Part shown: positions 42,223 through 55,360 of the stretch, in pieces
Layout: every line of letters starts with the position of its first letter
Position numbering within the stretch: position 1 is the stretch's first letter
Origin: Azolla caroliniana
Lineage: Eukaryota; Plantae; Polypodiophyta
Assembly (NCBI GenBank): GCA_043228905.1
Contig: JBHGNT010000135.1
Location: forward strand, 6,085 to 70,084
Direction: 5' to 3'
Length of the DNA: 64,000 nucleotides
The notes under the pieces: model-generated
The model's input: the letters and a program-made list of their open reading frames with translations, nothing else
What the model was told of the DNA's origin: nothing
Database searches by the model: none
Program-made: the position numbers and the translations under genes

Positions 42223-45200
42223 ATGAAAGACTCGGTCGATGACTCGGACATTGTTGTGGTGAGGAGCGAGTCAAGCCCCAATGCAAGGAGGAGTCACCGG
42301 TTGGGCACCACGCCTCCCGACCATCCCAAAGCCCGAAGGGAATCCGTATATAGCAAATCTCCTCATCATGGAAGGGAAATATTGATGAATTATACAACAG
42401 TTATGAAGTGTCATTCTCCATCGTCCAACTCTAGCACACCTAGCTTAATGCACGAGCTTAACAATCCCAATGGCTTTGCAACGAGGCCATCGTGTAGTTC
42501 CGTACGTAGCCCGGAGTATAGTCGTGAAGCACTCCACACAACGAATTCCCGCGTGACCAATCTTCTTCATTCATATGGGCATGATGAAAGGATGTTGCCC
42601 GTGACCGGCTCAAAATGGGAGGATGCAGACAAGTGGATTAATGGCAATGGGTGCATTGACTCAAGGCTCAATTATGGTGTGAACACATCTCCTAGCTATG
42701 AGAGCTTGCAAACCAAATCACCTCAAAACACACCTAGCTATATTAAAGATAACCATGTAACAAGATCACCCAAGTTAAACATACATAGCTTTAATAACGA
42801 TTGCTTGTTAACGAGATCACCTCATCATATTTCTAACCATAATTCTCACCACCATAATATTAATCCTCAAATTCCTCTTCCTAATGATAATGACATAAGA
42901 ATCAAATCCTATCCTCCTATTCCTTCCCAAATTGTACAAGTAGATTGCATTAATCCCACAACCAAGTCCATAGCCAATATACTAGACATTACCCCACTTC
43001 CAACTTACATTCAAAAGAAGAAGGGACAACAAAGTAAAATGATTGATGTGAATAAACATATCATTGTCAATCATGAACTAGAAGAGAGCAAATTAGTGCA
43101 TCGATTGCAAAGCGAATACTGCAACTCACTATTATCAAATGAAAATAATGCACAACATCCCCCACATAACAATGCAATGGGAAGGCAGGTTCCACCACCA
43201 ATGGAGGAGGAGTATAGGAAAGCACCCTATCGAGATGAGGGATCAGGTACTATTTCGCACACACATACATTGCCATTTCATATATTGATGCTTGCATTAC
43301 TTTTGTTTGTAAATAAATAAAGACTTCAAGTCATATCTACTTGTTAACACTTCACATCACATGTTGGGCCCCTCGTCATGACATCCTAGTATGTGTTATA
43401 TAAGTTTCCTCCATTGGTGTCTTTTGGACCTTGGGTTCAAAAGTGATAGGAGGCATAATTTATAACTAGAAAATAATTAGCTCTTCACATGAGCCATCTT
43501 TCACCATCCTCTTCCAAGCAATCTTTCTTAAATAATATGATATTTACACATCAAAACCCCCCCCTTTTTAAAGGAAACCGCTTGTCCCCCCTTCTCTCCT
43601 AGAACTTTTTGTTTTGGAAAATTGTTGGCATATGCTTATCCTTTGCATTGTCACACTATTTGGAGAAGGATTTCTTTTTCGAAGGTGAAACATCACAATG
43701 TTGTTCTTCGTTATGACATCAATGCAACACACATCCCTTTTCTAATGGAAGTCTGTTTGACGATCATGAGAAGAAAAAAAAGTCTACGACCCTGTAATTG
43801 ATGGATGTGTGAGGCAATTGTGTCAAGGACTATATTTCATACATTGCTTTTGTTCTTTTTGCATGTGGATTGATGCCCCTTTATATTCCCCCTTCAATGT
43901 CTCCATATGAGGAATATGTTTTACTAAGAGAAATGTATAGCATCACGTATTTGACTTATAAATATGATAAATATTTCTCGCCTTTCAATACAATCCATCC
44001 AAGATTCCAATGTGATGTCATGGAAAATAACATCTTAAGTTCATATGAAATTTCAAAAGTAAGACAACATCACTTAGATTGCAAGTTGTGTATGATCATG
44101 ATCGTTTCTACTATTTACATTTTAACTTGTACGTAATAAGCCTTAAACAACTCAAACAAGTTGCATGGTGAACAAGAAATCAATGATTTGAACTTGCCAA
44201 TTACTACATTAATGAGTACAAGAGGGACACCAACAAACAAAAATGTTTTAGTCATACTTCAATACTAAGAAATTCGAGGATGTGTACTTGTTTATGCCCT
44301 CGGACTTTGTGTATGTACACATATTTCAAATTGCGTGCTTCTTTGTGTGTATGCACAATATGTAACAACCCTCTTCTTATTAACCCTTAGGAAAGGCTAG
44401 AAGGTGAGTTTTAAAACCTCATTAAAATGTGACACAAAAGGTTATAGGTTGAATAGCAAAAGTTAAACCGCACATGGGCCAATGACAATTCTGTTGACAT
44501 ATGTGAACTTGTTATGGACAGGAGAAGTCATTATTGACATATGAAAAGTTTACTGTCTCTTTTAAGCAGAGGGTTGAGGGAAACATAAAGCTCAAGGTTG
44601 TTTCCTTGATTGGGCTTTCATAAATGATGCCTACATTTATGAACTCTATAAATCATTCTTTATTTACCCTTTTAATTTCTATTTCACACCCAAATCCCTA
44701 ATCGACAATGCACATTTGTAATTTGGCTAAGGTCATTTCAAGAATTCCTCTCATTTATTATGTGTGTATTTTGAATAACTCCTAGCAAGCTAGAATACAA
44801 TGTATATGTATGCATGTAATTTGAAGTACACCTTTCGTACTACATATATTGAATAACATAAAGAAAGGGCTTTCAAAAACCCCTTATCATTAGCTCTTTG
44901 TTGTGCTTAATACCTTAAAATGCATGAAGAAAAAACAATGTTTTATTCAATTGTACTTCTAACAAGGGGAAGTGATGTCTTTGGATTTTCAGATAGGTTT
45001 GGAACTAGAGAGTCACATGTGGTTGGGAATTCTTATGTGGATATGATGAATAAAGGTCATTTCATCAAAGATACAATTGTGATATCAAAATTAAGAGAAG
45101 TGGGCACACAAATTACATCAGTTGATGGTTCAACAAGCACATCAAGGTATTTATTACCGTCCACCTATTTCTGCTTATAACGTGTCTTTGATAATAATTT

Positions 45201-46612
45201 TGAATGTCATTAGTATATTGTTTTATCCATGTTTCTTCCCTTGGAAACAATGTTGTGAGGTCTAGTAAATATATGTTTTGTTACTCCAAAGACACACTAA
45301 GGCATGCTAAGATAAATACGTACTTCATTTTACGTCTTTCTACATATTGATGTTCAATCATCTCATGCTCAAAGACATAGATGGAGAGAAACTAGATTTG
45401 GTCCTTCCCATCATGTTGTGTCAAATCCCATATACATTGTAATGAGAGTAATGGTACCAAAGGCACGAAGATATTTCTGCTAGAACATATTAAGTTGACA
45501 CAACAATGTGCATGAAGTTACCTATGCTTATATAATACTTCATCTACTTAATGACCTTGATTATATAAAAGTTTGTTGATGTTAGTGATATTTCTTCCAT
45601 GATCTAATTCCATAATCAAGCACACTAAGATAATAGATAGACACATGAGTTCAAATGATAAGAGGAAAAACTTTTATTTATTCTCTTTCTAGTGTACTTA
45701 TACATGTGCCTCTTATGGGGTTGGTGCATGTATGGGTAAGACTTATACATGTGTGTGAGAGGGATTAAATCGAAGTTGATAATGATGCACAGGTACCCAT
45801 CAAAAAATGGAAGCCCAATCATGTCCCCAGCGAGGCATAACACACCTGCACGAATACGATCCATGCGGCTAAGTAACAATAGTGACAACAATGCTTTACA
45901 TCAACAAATGCATGAATATAGACTAGATGTAGAGGAAGTGGTGTATTGCCATCGAGCTAAGTTGGAGTTGCAAGAGTTGTCAGAGGGTGAGCACATAGGG
46001 CAAAGCTTCCATTGGACCTCTCGTGAAGCCGAGGAGGCCGATCTAAGCACCAGCTTACGCCATTATGACAATTACCATAATGACATTGACTATATTTCAA
46101 TCCATCCCAAGCTTGCTAAGTATCTCTCTCTCTCTCTCTCTCTCTCACTTGCACAATAATTTATCCACATCACATGTATGTATGTCATTACTAAACATTA
46201 TTTATAATGCATTATGTTCTTGTAGATTGCGACAAAAAGAAGAGAAAATAGAGGCATGGGAGAAACATACCAAGGAAAAGGCTAATGCTCAATTGAAGAA
46301 GCTTGAGGTAAGTAACAATAGCTAAATAGAACATCTTCAAATAATACCAAACGTATAATAAATGCATAATTTTGATTGTTTCTCATGTGATAAATTTGTT
46401 ATGTCTAGGAACAACTAGAGAAAAAAAGGGTTGAAACCACCAATAAGATACTAGAAAAACTCGCTATAACTCGAAGAAAAGCAGAAGAAAAGCGTGCTAG
46501 TATACTTACCCAACAAAAGAAAGTCTTTGTGAAGCCTCAAAGGCATCGGAGAAGCCCTTCCCCTTCCCAAACAATTAAAGGTTTATGCTTTAATTTCATT
46601 GCAGAACCATAA
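42223..46612 (+). CDS. Remorin family protein (long, group 5/6-like), 5 exons, ~596 aa
   Basis: Exons 42223..43246, 44993..45146, 45793..46119, 46226..46307, 46409..46612 total 1791 nt with consistent phases. Motifs SKWEDADKWI, REVGTQIT, SPARHNTPA, WTSREAEEADLSTSLRH, coiled coil EEKIEAWE..KANAQLKKLEEQLEKKR..RRKAEEKRA, Cys near C-terminus. Confidence 0.9.
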
Positions 46613-47952
46613 AATTGCCCTCTCACTACAAATATTGATGCACCATATTCATTTTTTTTGTATCACAAAACATGTGCTTTGTACAATGTCATCGACCTAT
46701 TGTATAACACCTCTAAAATAAGGTTCATGTGCTAACAATTTAACTATTTTTTTTGTATTCGTTCTTTGACGACGATGAAGAATTATATAATTTAGCTACT
46801 GATTGATGTGACATTAGTAAAAAGATGCCCCACATTTGCTAAAACGTTGTGGAATTTTTTAATTTGCCACTTGGTAATATTTATACAAGATATCTCTCTA
46901 TATAATTTCTTCAAATACACATGGATCAAAAAGGAAAGGATCGATTATTAAGAAAAAATTACCAATCACCAAGTTGGCTTGCCCATTAAGGGCCATGTAA
47001 ATGTAGGTCAAGTGAATATCTAACTAGATCTACTCAATAAGTTTTTGTTGTTTATTTTGGAAGGCCTTCTTTTAATCTTTCAAACACATACCAACACTCA
47101 TTAGTTGATTTTCAGTTGTTGGTTTGAAACTAGTTGTCCCAATTCCCACCATCTAGAATTCACACTATCCCCTACCATTTGGTACATGATCAATGTTGAG
47201 GTAGTATCATATATCCACTTCCCCACATTCTCTATTTGCATTACATTATTAATATAGGTACATGATGTACTTGAGCATTTGAGAGTGAGTTGGTTTCAAT
47301 AAGGCAAACATTGTTTGTCCAAACTTCATCACCATGCTAGTCATGTGTCTCATGAACTCAATAATCATGGTACTAAGTTTCAATACATTAACCTGAGCTA
47401 AACACACAATATGAAATTTGAAAGACAGAAGTTTCCTAAATGTTCTAGCTCGTTTTGTCATAACTATTTGGCAAGTTTTAGGAACCATAAAGGTTAATTC
47501 ACTCTTGATCCAAAAGAATATAATATGGGTTTATATTTATGATATAATGTGACTCAAACAACATAATTAAATTACATGAGTTAACTCGATAGAATGGTGA
47601 ATTCTATTACCAAGCAAGTACATCACATTGCACACCTCGTACCATCATTGACTTACTTTAATGATATATTATCGCATTTATTTCTTGAGAACACTAAGCC
47701 TTGTACTTGTGAAGTTCATGAAGGCCATCTCCGACGTCAAGTAGATGTTACTACATATACATATACATACACATTATACCAATAAAAACCATCATGATGG
47801 AGGAAAAATGGAATGGGAAAGGTTAATACATTGATATCAATTATTGGGAGTGCAGCAAATATCTCTAGTAGGTATTGTAAATCTTGTCAAATAAATTATA
47901 CACATAGCCATTGCTTTTTAGGAGGATGGTTGCATGGCTTTGTTATAAGTGG

Positions 47953-48298
47953 TGCCATGGAGTCACATTGTAGATTGTTTAAAATAAGATAGCGGGGGCC
48001 CTAGATGGCATTACCATTTTTCAAGAACAGGGTCTGATATATTAGGAAAGTTTCTCCATCAACACCTTGCTCGTTGTATCTATGTTGAAGAGTTGATCAC
48101 TCAATCATGTGTTTATAGGCTTTTATAAGGCAATGCCATTGAGCCACATCGTAGGTTTTTTAAAATAAGATAGAGGGGGCTCTTGATGCCATTACCAATT
48201 TTCAAGAACAATATGTGATAATATTAGGGAAGTTTCTCCATTAAAACCTGGTTCATATCTACGTTGAGGGTTTATCACTCAACGTGTTTGTATCTTTT
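47953..48298. repeat. Tandem duplication ~181 bp x2 (diverged)
   Basis: TGCCAT.GAG.CACAT.GTAG...TAAAATAAGATAG...ATCACTCAA occurs twice. Confidence 0.85.
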
Positions 48299-50454
48299 TG
48301 TTGTTGATGAAGGTTGATTCACTGTGAAGCCATGGTAGATTGTAGTGATTGACTTGCCTCTCAACCATATGCTAAATTTGTTGAGCCAAGCACAATGGGC
48401 AATTGCTTAGCTTGAAAGAATGGACCACCAAAGTGGGATGTTAGGAGCTTGTTAATATGAGGTTGCACTAAATCCCATAAGCTAGACATCCCTACATCTT
48501 ATTTGGTGTTTTGGTCACAACCATAGAACCAAGAAAAGGACATGCAACGACCTGTAAAGTCCCTCTCTCTATACTCATGTCTTTATCAAATAGTCAAAGA
48601 CTCATGAGATCAATGTGTACATGAACTCTTGAAATTACATAGAAATTGCTTTCTAGAAACTACATATAACAATTTCCTTGTTCACTATGAGAAATTGCTC
48701 TCTAAAATTTTGTGTTGTCCTCTTCTTTTTGTACACTACAATTTAGCTCATGCTATTCAATATATCTATACTTTGAAGGATGTTTTTCGTCCCTCCACTA
48801 ACGATCTCCAATGGAATAGAGAAGTCTATTTTATGTTATTGTGTCAATATACAATCCATTACTTGTATCACCACACGTGTATCCATTTGGAACAAAAACG
48901 ACACTTAATCATCACTGCACTTGTCGACAGGAAGTCTTTTCACTATTTTGTTATTATGTTTTAGTATTTTAGCAGTAAATAAAAATATCTTTAAATACCA
49001 TGAGTCATGACAATCTACTGGACTTTTACAACCAAATACACTCAATTAGGAGATTGTTTTCCCGTTATTCCATGCAAGTGTCAAATCATATACAAGATTT
49101 CACTATCAAGTGACTTTCCCCATGCTCGTTATTACATTTGAAAATATTCAAAACATTGACCTAGTTCATTTGATTGTGCACTTGATGCTCAGTTACAAAA
49201 AGAACAACGTCAAAGTTGTGAATTGTGATACTCAACAAAACAAAAACCGTGCAAAGTTCAAATTGTATACACTTCATGAAAAAGATCCCATCATTCACTA
49301 ACATGATGATTGAAATTTACACGGTGTCATTAGGAAATATTAGTAAAGAGAACAATATCATATAGATACACCTCAACAATCATTACAACCTTCATCGTGG
49401 TCCATTGTTTTCCTTCCTGATTTCTACCACTGTTGCTAGTTCATATAGGATCATTTCTCATCACCTTGAATAAGTATCAATGGCTTTTGTATTCAAGCAT
49501 TAATTATAAATCCGACAAAGTTATACATTTCTCTATATAAAAGCTTTGAATTTGTGTTCTCTCATTGGTAAAATATTTTATCTTGAACCTTGTTAAATGT
49601 TCATAATCAACATTTCCCCATATATAAAAATATTTTAACATTCCTTCTTAACATAGAGTCGTAGCTTTCAAGCCCTAGCTTCATTTATTGGTTGTATTCT
49701 CATAGCTCTCTTGCACATATTCATGAATGATGGCTTGGAAGCGAGTACATTGCATGGGAACGAATGTGATTAGGGATAGGCTTTGCCTTTTGCATGGGAA
49801 CAAATGGGATAGGTTTAGGCTTTGTGTTTTGGATGGGGAGTTTTTGCGGTTGGGCATATAATGTAATTGTACCAAATAACACGATGAAACCCATGCATTC
49901 CAAAGTCTTCAGACAAATTTTATTTATTTCTCTACATAAACCTAGATTTTTGTGAAAGTTTATGTACATGAAAACTGTCCATCTTAAAAAAATTTGGCTA
50001 CAGCTAGGGAATGGCTGCCATTAGAGCTTGAATTTGCTTTATGGATGAGAAGCATCTTTTTGATTGGACGTATAATGTACTTTACCAACAAAAAATGTGA
50101 AAATTTGCATTCCAAAAGTTTTTGATAAATGTTTTTATAGGTCACTTTGTTTCAAACTAGAGCTTCATGAAACTTTATATGCATAAAAAACAAGACCATG
50201 TTAAAAAAACTAGAAAAAAGGCCGTCACAGGCAAATAATTTGATTCATTGAATAAGTTTACATTGAGCCTTGGCTACTGAATGGAAGGCAAAAACCATAG
50301 TATGAACCATACGTACCATACATGCACTCGCATTCGAGAATGTTTCAATCATTCGAGTATGGTAAACACCCAAGAAGTATGGTAAATACCATACTTTTGT
50401 ATTCATTATTTATTATAAGGTAAGAAAGTTAAGGTAAAAAGTGATTAAAAAAAA

Positions 50455-50766
50455 GTTAAGGAATTATCAACCACCGCGGTGGCTGTTCCCTCCAAGTGTT
50501 CCTAACATCTAGATGGGTGTTGCCATGAGGAGCGAATGGAGGACATCTATGCTGAATTCTGTTTTGTATGAGGCTCACGTGGAGAATATGTGTTCGAGTA
50601 ATGCTATACACATAGAATGATGTGGTGTTTTGGAGTTGTTTTTTTTATGTTGTTTCATCTACACATTGTTTTCCTTTGACATGCAAGATGTCTTGTAAGA
50701 TATGAGTTGTAAATGATTCCTTTGACATTCTTAACTAATGGAGGTAGATGTTTTTGGAAATGGAAA
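50455..50766 (+). mobile_element. Truncated LINE family C 3' end nested in the hAT MITE
   Basis: Flanked by direct repeat AAAAAGTGATTAAAAAAAA (50436-50454, 50767-50785). A-rich tail. Homologous to ~12270-12530. Confidence 0.8.
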
Positions 50767-50785
50767 AAAAAGTGATTAAAAAAAA

Positions 50786-51085
50786 GGGAAAAGTACCAGG
50801 ATACCCCTGGAAGTTCGTCTATTTACCAGAATGCCCCTGGAAGTTCCAAATTGACCAAACTACCCCTATGTCCAAAAAAATACACTTTATAAAGTAATTA
50901 TACACTCAAATCCTTGGTAAATAGGGCTAGTTTGGGTCCATTTCTTCCATCTTTGGTAAATAGGGCTTGTAGATTTGAGTGTATAATTACTTTATAAAGT
51001 GTAATTTTTTGGACATAGGGGTAGTTTGGTAAATTTGGAACTTCCAGAATAGATGAACTTCCAAGGGTATCCTGGTACTTTTCCC
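50786..51085. mobile_element. Mutator-like (MULE) MITE with long TIRs
   Basis: GGGAAAAGTACCAGGATACCC...GGGTATCCTGGTACTTTTCCC, inverted arms over 100 bp. 9-bp TSD TAAAAAAAA at 50777-50785 and 51086-51094. Confidence 0.9.
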
Positions 51086-53854
51086 TAAAAAAAACATAAG
51101 AACGTTTTGATAACATACGCATTTGTTTTCAACCGTATGAAAAAGAATGTTTTCCAAATACATTCGAGTATATTACATACTATGGCAAAAACTATAGGAA
51201 TTTTTAGACTTTGGTTGGATAAGTAGGAGTTATTTAACATAATCATATCAATATGTGCTAAAGTATAATATGAATGTATTGCCTTTCTGCAACTTATTTA
51301 CTGCTATATAGTGATTTGAATTATTTTTAATAATTGTTGTTGTAAAGCTTGTATTTTGCACATAAATCTTGCGGCTAGTCCCAAACAATGAGTTTGATGC
51401 AACAACCATTCTATAAATATAGTATAACTATAAGATGAAATCATGCATTAAAAAAGTTTTTATAGTTTAAGACCATGGAGTAAAATGAACTCTTCATCAT
51501 GTTGGTTGGAGATAATGCACCATAACAACTCTTCATCTTGTTGGTTGGCATCGGAACATTGATATTGACATATTTTCAATTATATGTATTAAACAATGTG
51601 AAGGAAGCCTTCTTAATAAAGGATACATTTGAACGAGATATAGTGAAATATAAAAATGCAAAGCATATGAGACTCTAATGAATCGAAGGATAATAACATT
51701 GAAATCCACTAAAAGCAATGGCCTTTGTTATTTACAAAAGCAACATGAATATCTACACTAAATTTACATAGAGAAATCAATTCGGAAAGAAAATATGGAA
51801 AACTTTCCATCTATATATATATATCATGTGATAAACATTGTCAAGAGAGGAGGCTAACATATTAGAACTATATTCCTAGTTTTTGGCTTTACAAACTACC
51901 AACAAGGACCATATGCTAGAGAACGATTTATTACCTCTAAGTGGCAACACTAACAAGTCATTATATGCAAAGTACAACATGCATTGCCAATTGTTTCAAA
52001 AGTAGTGATGATTTAACCTTCATAAACCTAGAGGAATTAGTTGTGAATAAAATATAGGCTTTACAATACCAACTCAGCCTCTCAAATAGTGGTTTGTCTT
52101 ATCACATGATTGGGAAGAACACTCCAATTTCTCTTTTATCTCAACCAACGGATGGTACATTTCGTTAAGCAACACGAAAATGACGTAAACTTTAGGGTCT
52201 TATATCATGATACTTTGATAAGAGATACAAAACATATTTGGTCAATCATATTCTCCTAGTCTATAGAGTGTATACCTTTATTCATATTATTTAATATTGG
52301 GAGGCTTTTGTCTATCATAACTTTGCATTTTTATAACCAGCAAAACAATCTAGTCTTGTTATTTTATATTCCATAGATTCCTTTTGTCTTTCTAGTCCCC
52401 CCTAGCATATTTGATTTTACCTATAATGGGTTCCCATAAAAGTTGACAAATTAGATAAAGTCATATAATGCGTTTCCAAGCCACCAAATAACTAGTGAGC
52501 ATGTGTCCTCTAGTAAATATGCTTTTAGGCATGTTGCACCCTACAATTTAGACCCCAATCTCATTCTACGCCTTTATGGAAAGACAAGCATATGAGATGC
52601 TCTTTTTTCCCAAGCAAGGGATCCGTGCAGCCTCGTAAATGAAGTGGAGATAGATAGCATATTAAAGCTATTAATAATTCCTCTTACTCTTAGTGGACCT
52701 CTTATTAGTAGGGGTTTTATTGAATAAAATGTATCCATAACTCTATATCAATTTGGCTGTTTTTGTTTCATAAGTACGAATTTCTTATATTATCATGTTT
52801 GGACATACACACAAAATGTCTTATGTATTTCAATGGGATTTGTTAAAAGGTGAAACCAACATTTTTTCTAAAGAGATTGAAAGATGAAAAAGTATTGTGA
52901 ACTCGTTGTTGGTCGTCAAATAGATTTGGTAGATGTGGTGGAAAAAATGTTAAGAATTAAGATAAAATTCTATTGAGGATTCATTATATGCATCACATAA
53001 ATGACTAAAAGTACATTTGTAGAAGATCAAAACACACTATGTTGCGATCCACAATGGTACTAACATACATCAACACCCTCTGAGTGCACATCGCTTTTTG
53101 TGTGCATGAACCAACTACGAAGGTTGATTGTGTAGCTAAGGTCAAGCCATGTGATTATCATGCAGATCAAATTGCTGACAATACTCCTATAATGTGATGG
53201 TTTGTGAATCATAGAGATCGAGTCCATATGAAAGTTTAGGTTTTTAGTCAAGCAAGGTTGTGTTCAGCTTGCTTGTAGAGCAAATCTAATCTGAGATGTA
53301 ATTGCATGGGGAAAATAAAATCTCATGTAATTTCACCTCGAATTCATTAAGGAAAAATCCTTCACTTTCTTAATGTATACAAAGTGTTCTCTTCCAATCA
53401 CTAGGTTGTCGACACACAAGAGAATAAGCAACATGAGTTTTTAGAGTACGCTTGTGTGTAGAGTAAAGTGCCTAACTTGGACATCAAAAGCCAATGGTTT
53501 TTAGGTACTACATGAGCTTCAAGTGCCACAAGTTTGGTGCTTGGTTATATATAGCTTTATGAATTGACATATTGTGCAAGCATGGAATTCTGAATTGAAT
53601 CCCAATGGTTTGCATATGTAGACCTCCGGTCCCTTTCAAAAACAACATACGTCACATCCATTTCATGGAGGTGCCACACCTTTGCATCCACTAGCACTAA
53701 CGTGGTTCACATGGTCATCAATTTGCAATGGGGGCAAAGTGGTGAATGTTGTGAATTTATGATGTAAATAGGATAAACTAGAGGGAAGTCCAAATGGCCA
53801 ACCTAGTGTGCACCCTCAAAGTAGAAGTATGAATACGAGACATTTGAAATTTGA

Positions 53855-54052
53855 AGGGTTGTATGTTGCTTTGTAGACTTCAAGAATGCTTTTGATGAGG
53901 TGCCTTTTGTACATGTTTGAAGATGTATGGAAGACCCATTACTACTTGAATTTATGCATACAATTTATAACATATACACATCTATGAGAATTTGATATGT
54001 CTTACATGTGTAAGAGCTTAATTTTCAAATAGTTTCACTAGCATTACTGGTG
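53855..54052 (+). mobile_element. RTE-type reverse transcriptase relic abutting the L1 insertion
   Basis: CCFVDFKNAFDEVP from 53864 matches the RT motif FVDFxKAFD. SFTSITGV lies just before the L1 poly-T, where GVKQGCPLS would be expected. Confidence 0.6.
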
Positions 54053-55360
54053 TTTTTTTTCCTTCCAAAATGAAGCTACTTTCCCATTAATTAGGTAAGA
54101 TTATTACAAAGAGACTGTACAAGGAGGCTTAAGCATAGATCGGGGAATCCCCCTCTGATCAAGTCCTAGAAATTGAGACTAGTTACATCGCCTTTCGGAC
54201 GGACTACTTAGTGTAAGTACCTACAGCTAAAACAGTGCCATGTAGTGATGGCTAGCATGAGACAACTCTTGGGGTTGACAACAGAGGGAGGGTGGTAAGT
54301 GATAGTTCCACCTCGGGCCACTTCCTCCTTGTGTCACCATAGGCGTGTTCCACCATTTCTACCAAATGCGCAAACAGGCAATATCCACGTCAGAGGAATG
54401 GCTGCAAACCTCGTCCAATTGCCCTCGTAGACAGCTAATAAGCGCAAACCATATGTCCATGATCACTTCCTCCGGGGGTCGCACCAGATCCTGGAAGACC
54501 TTTAGGCAGCCGCTTTCCATACGTACCACAGGGTGAAGCCTGCGATCAGCATCCAAATGTCCAGGCACCTAGGGGATGCGGACTGCAAGCCTCTCTCAAA
54601 TCGAATCTTGGAGATTTTTCCTCGCATGCATACATAGCACCGGCTATCCGCATTGAAGGCGTTCGTCCACCTATCACCAGAATGATCTTGAGCCATGCCG
54701 CAACACTCCACGATGTTGATCCTTCCACTTCACATGCCACAAGGAGGCGAGTCACTCTATCCCATACCTTTTGAGTGTGAGGGCAATCCCATAGACAATG
54801 CCTCAGAGTCTCAATAGGTGAATGGCAAAGTGGACAGCCTAACGGGCCGCCACGTTTACCTAGCCATTCGCCAACGGGAACCACATTATGCCCGATTTGC
54901 CACCAAAAAAACTTTATCTTTTCCGGCAAGTGGAGACGCCAGAGACCCTTCCAAAAGGTAATGAGCACCTCATCAGGGATGCCCAATGTACGCCAGCCAT
55001 TGCGTAAGGGACCGTCTAGCTACAGTTGAAAAGCCCGACCCAGTTTAGTGTTGTACTCGAAGAAATGGCGAAATCTGCCATCATGTTTCCACCTGAAATC
55101 CCCTGGGTCTCATTCTAGTTCGACAAGGGAACGACAACCATATACCCATAACTTCCAATGGGGTTCCACCTTAGCAACATCCGGGTCTGTCTTCCAGATG
55201 TTACCAACTTGCGCCACCATGCGAATAGGGTACCAAGAACCCCTACTCTGACTCTCCCCAAAAATCTTATCTCTTCCCGATCCGTTCACGCCCTTCAGCA
55301 CCTTAACCCTTCCAGCCTCATCAAAGAGACCGAACCAAGCATCTTCACTCTCATTTACTC
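54053..55360 (-). mobile_element. 5'-truncated L1-type LINE (family A): C-terminal part of ORF2 with zf-RVT, 3' UTR and poly(A)
   Basis: ORF 54546..54986 has WKGLWRLHLPEKIKFFWWQ..CPLC..ETLRHCLWDCPHTQKVW (zf-RVT CCHC). Frameshifted. Poly-T at 54053-54060. Its 3' ~380 nt closely match the 16393 copy. Confidence 0.9.

Larger units (their letters stand above)
50296..51184. mobile_element. hAT-type MITE (same family as 35551) carrying two nested insertions
   Basis: TIR CATAGTATG...CATACTATG. 8-bp TSD GCAAAAAC at 50288-50295 and 51185-51192. Both arms align to the 35551 copy. Confidence 0.88.
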
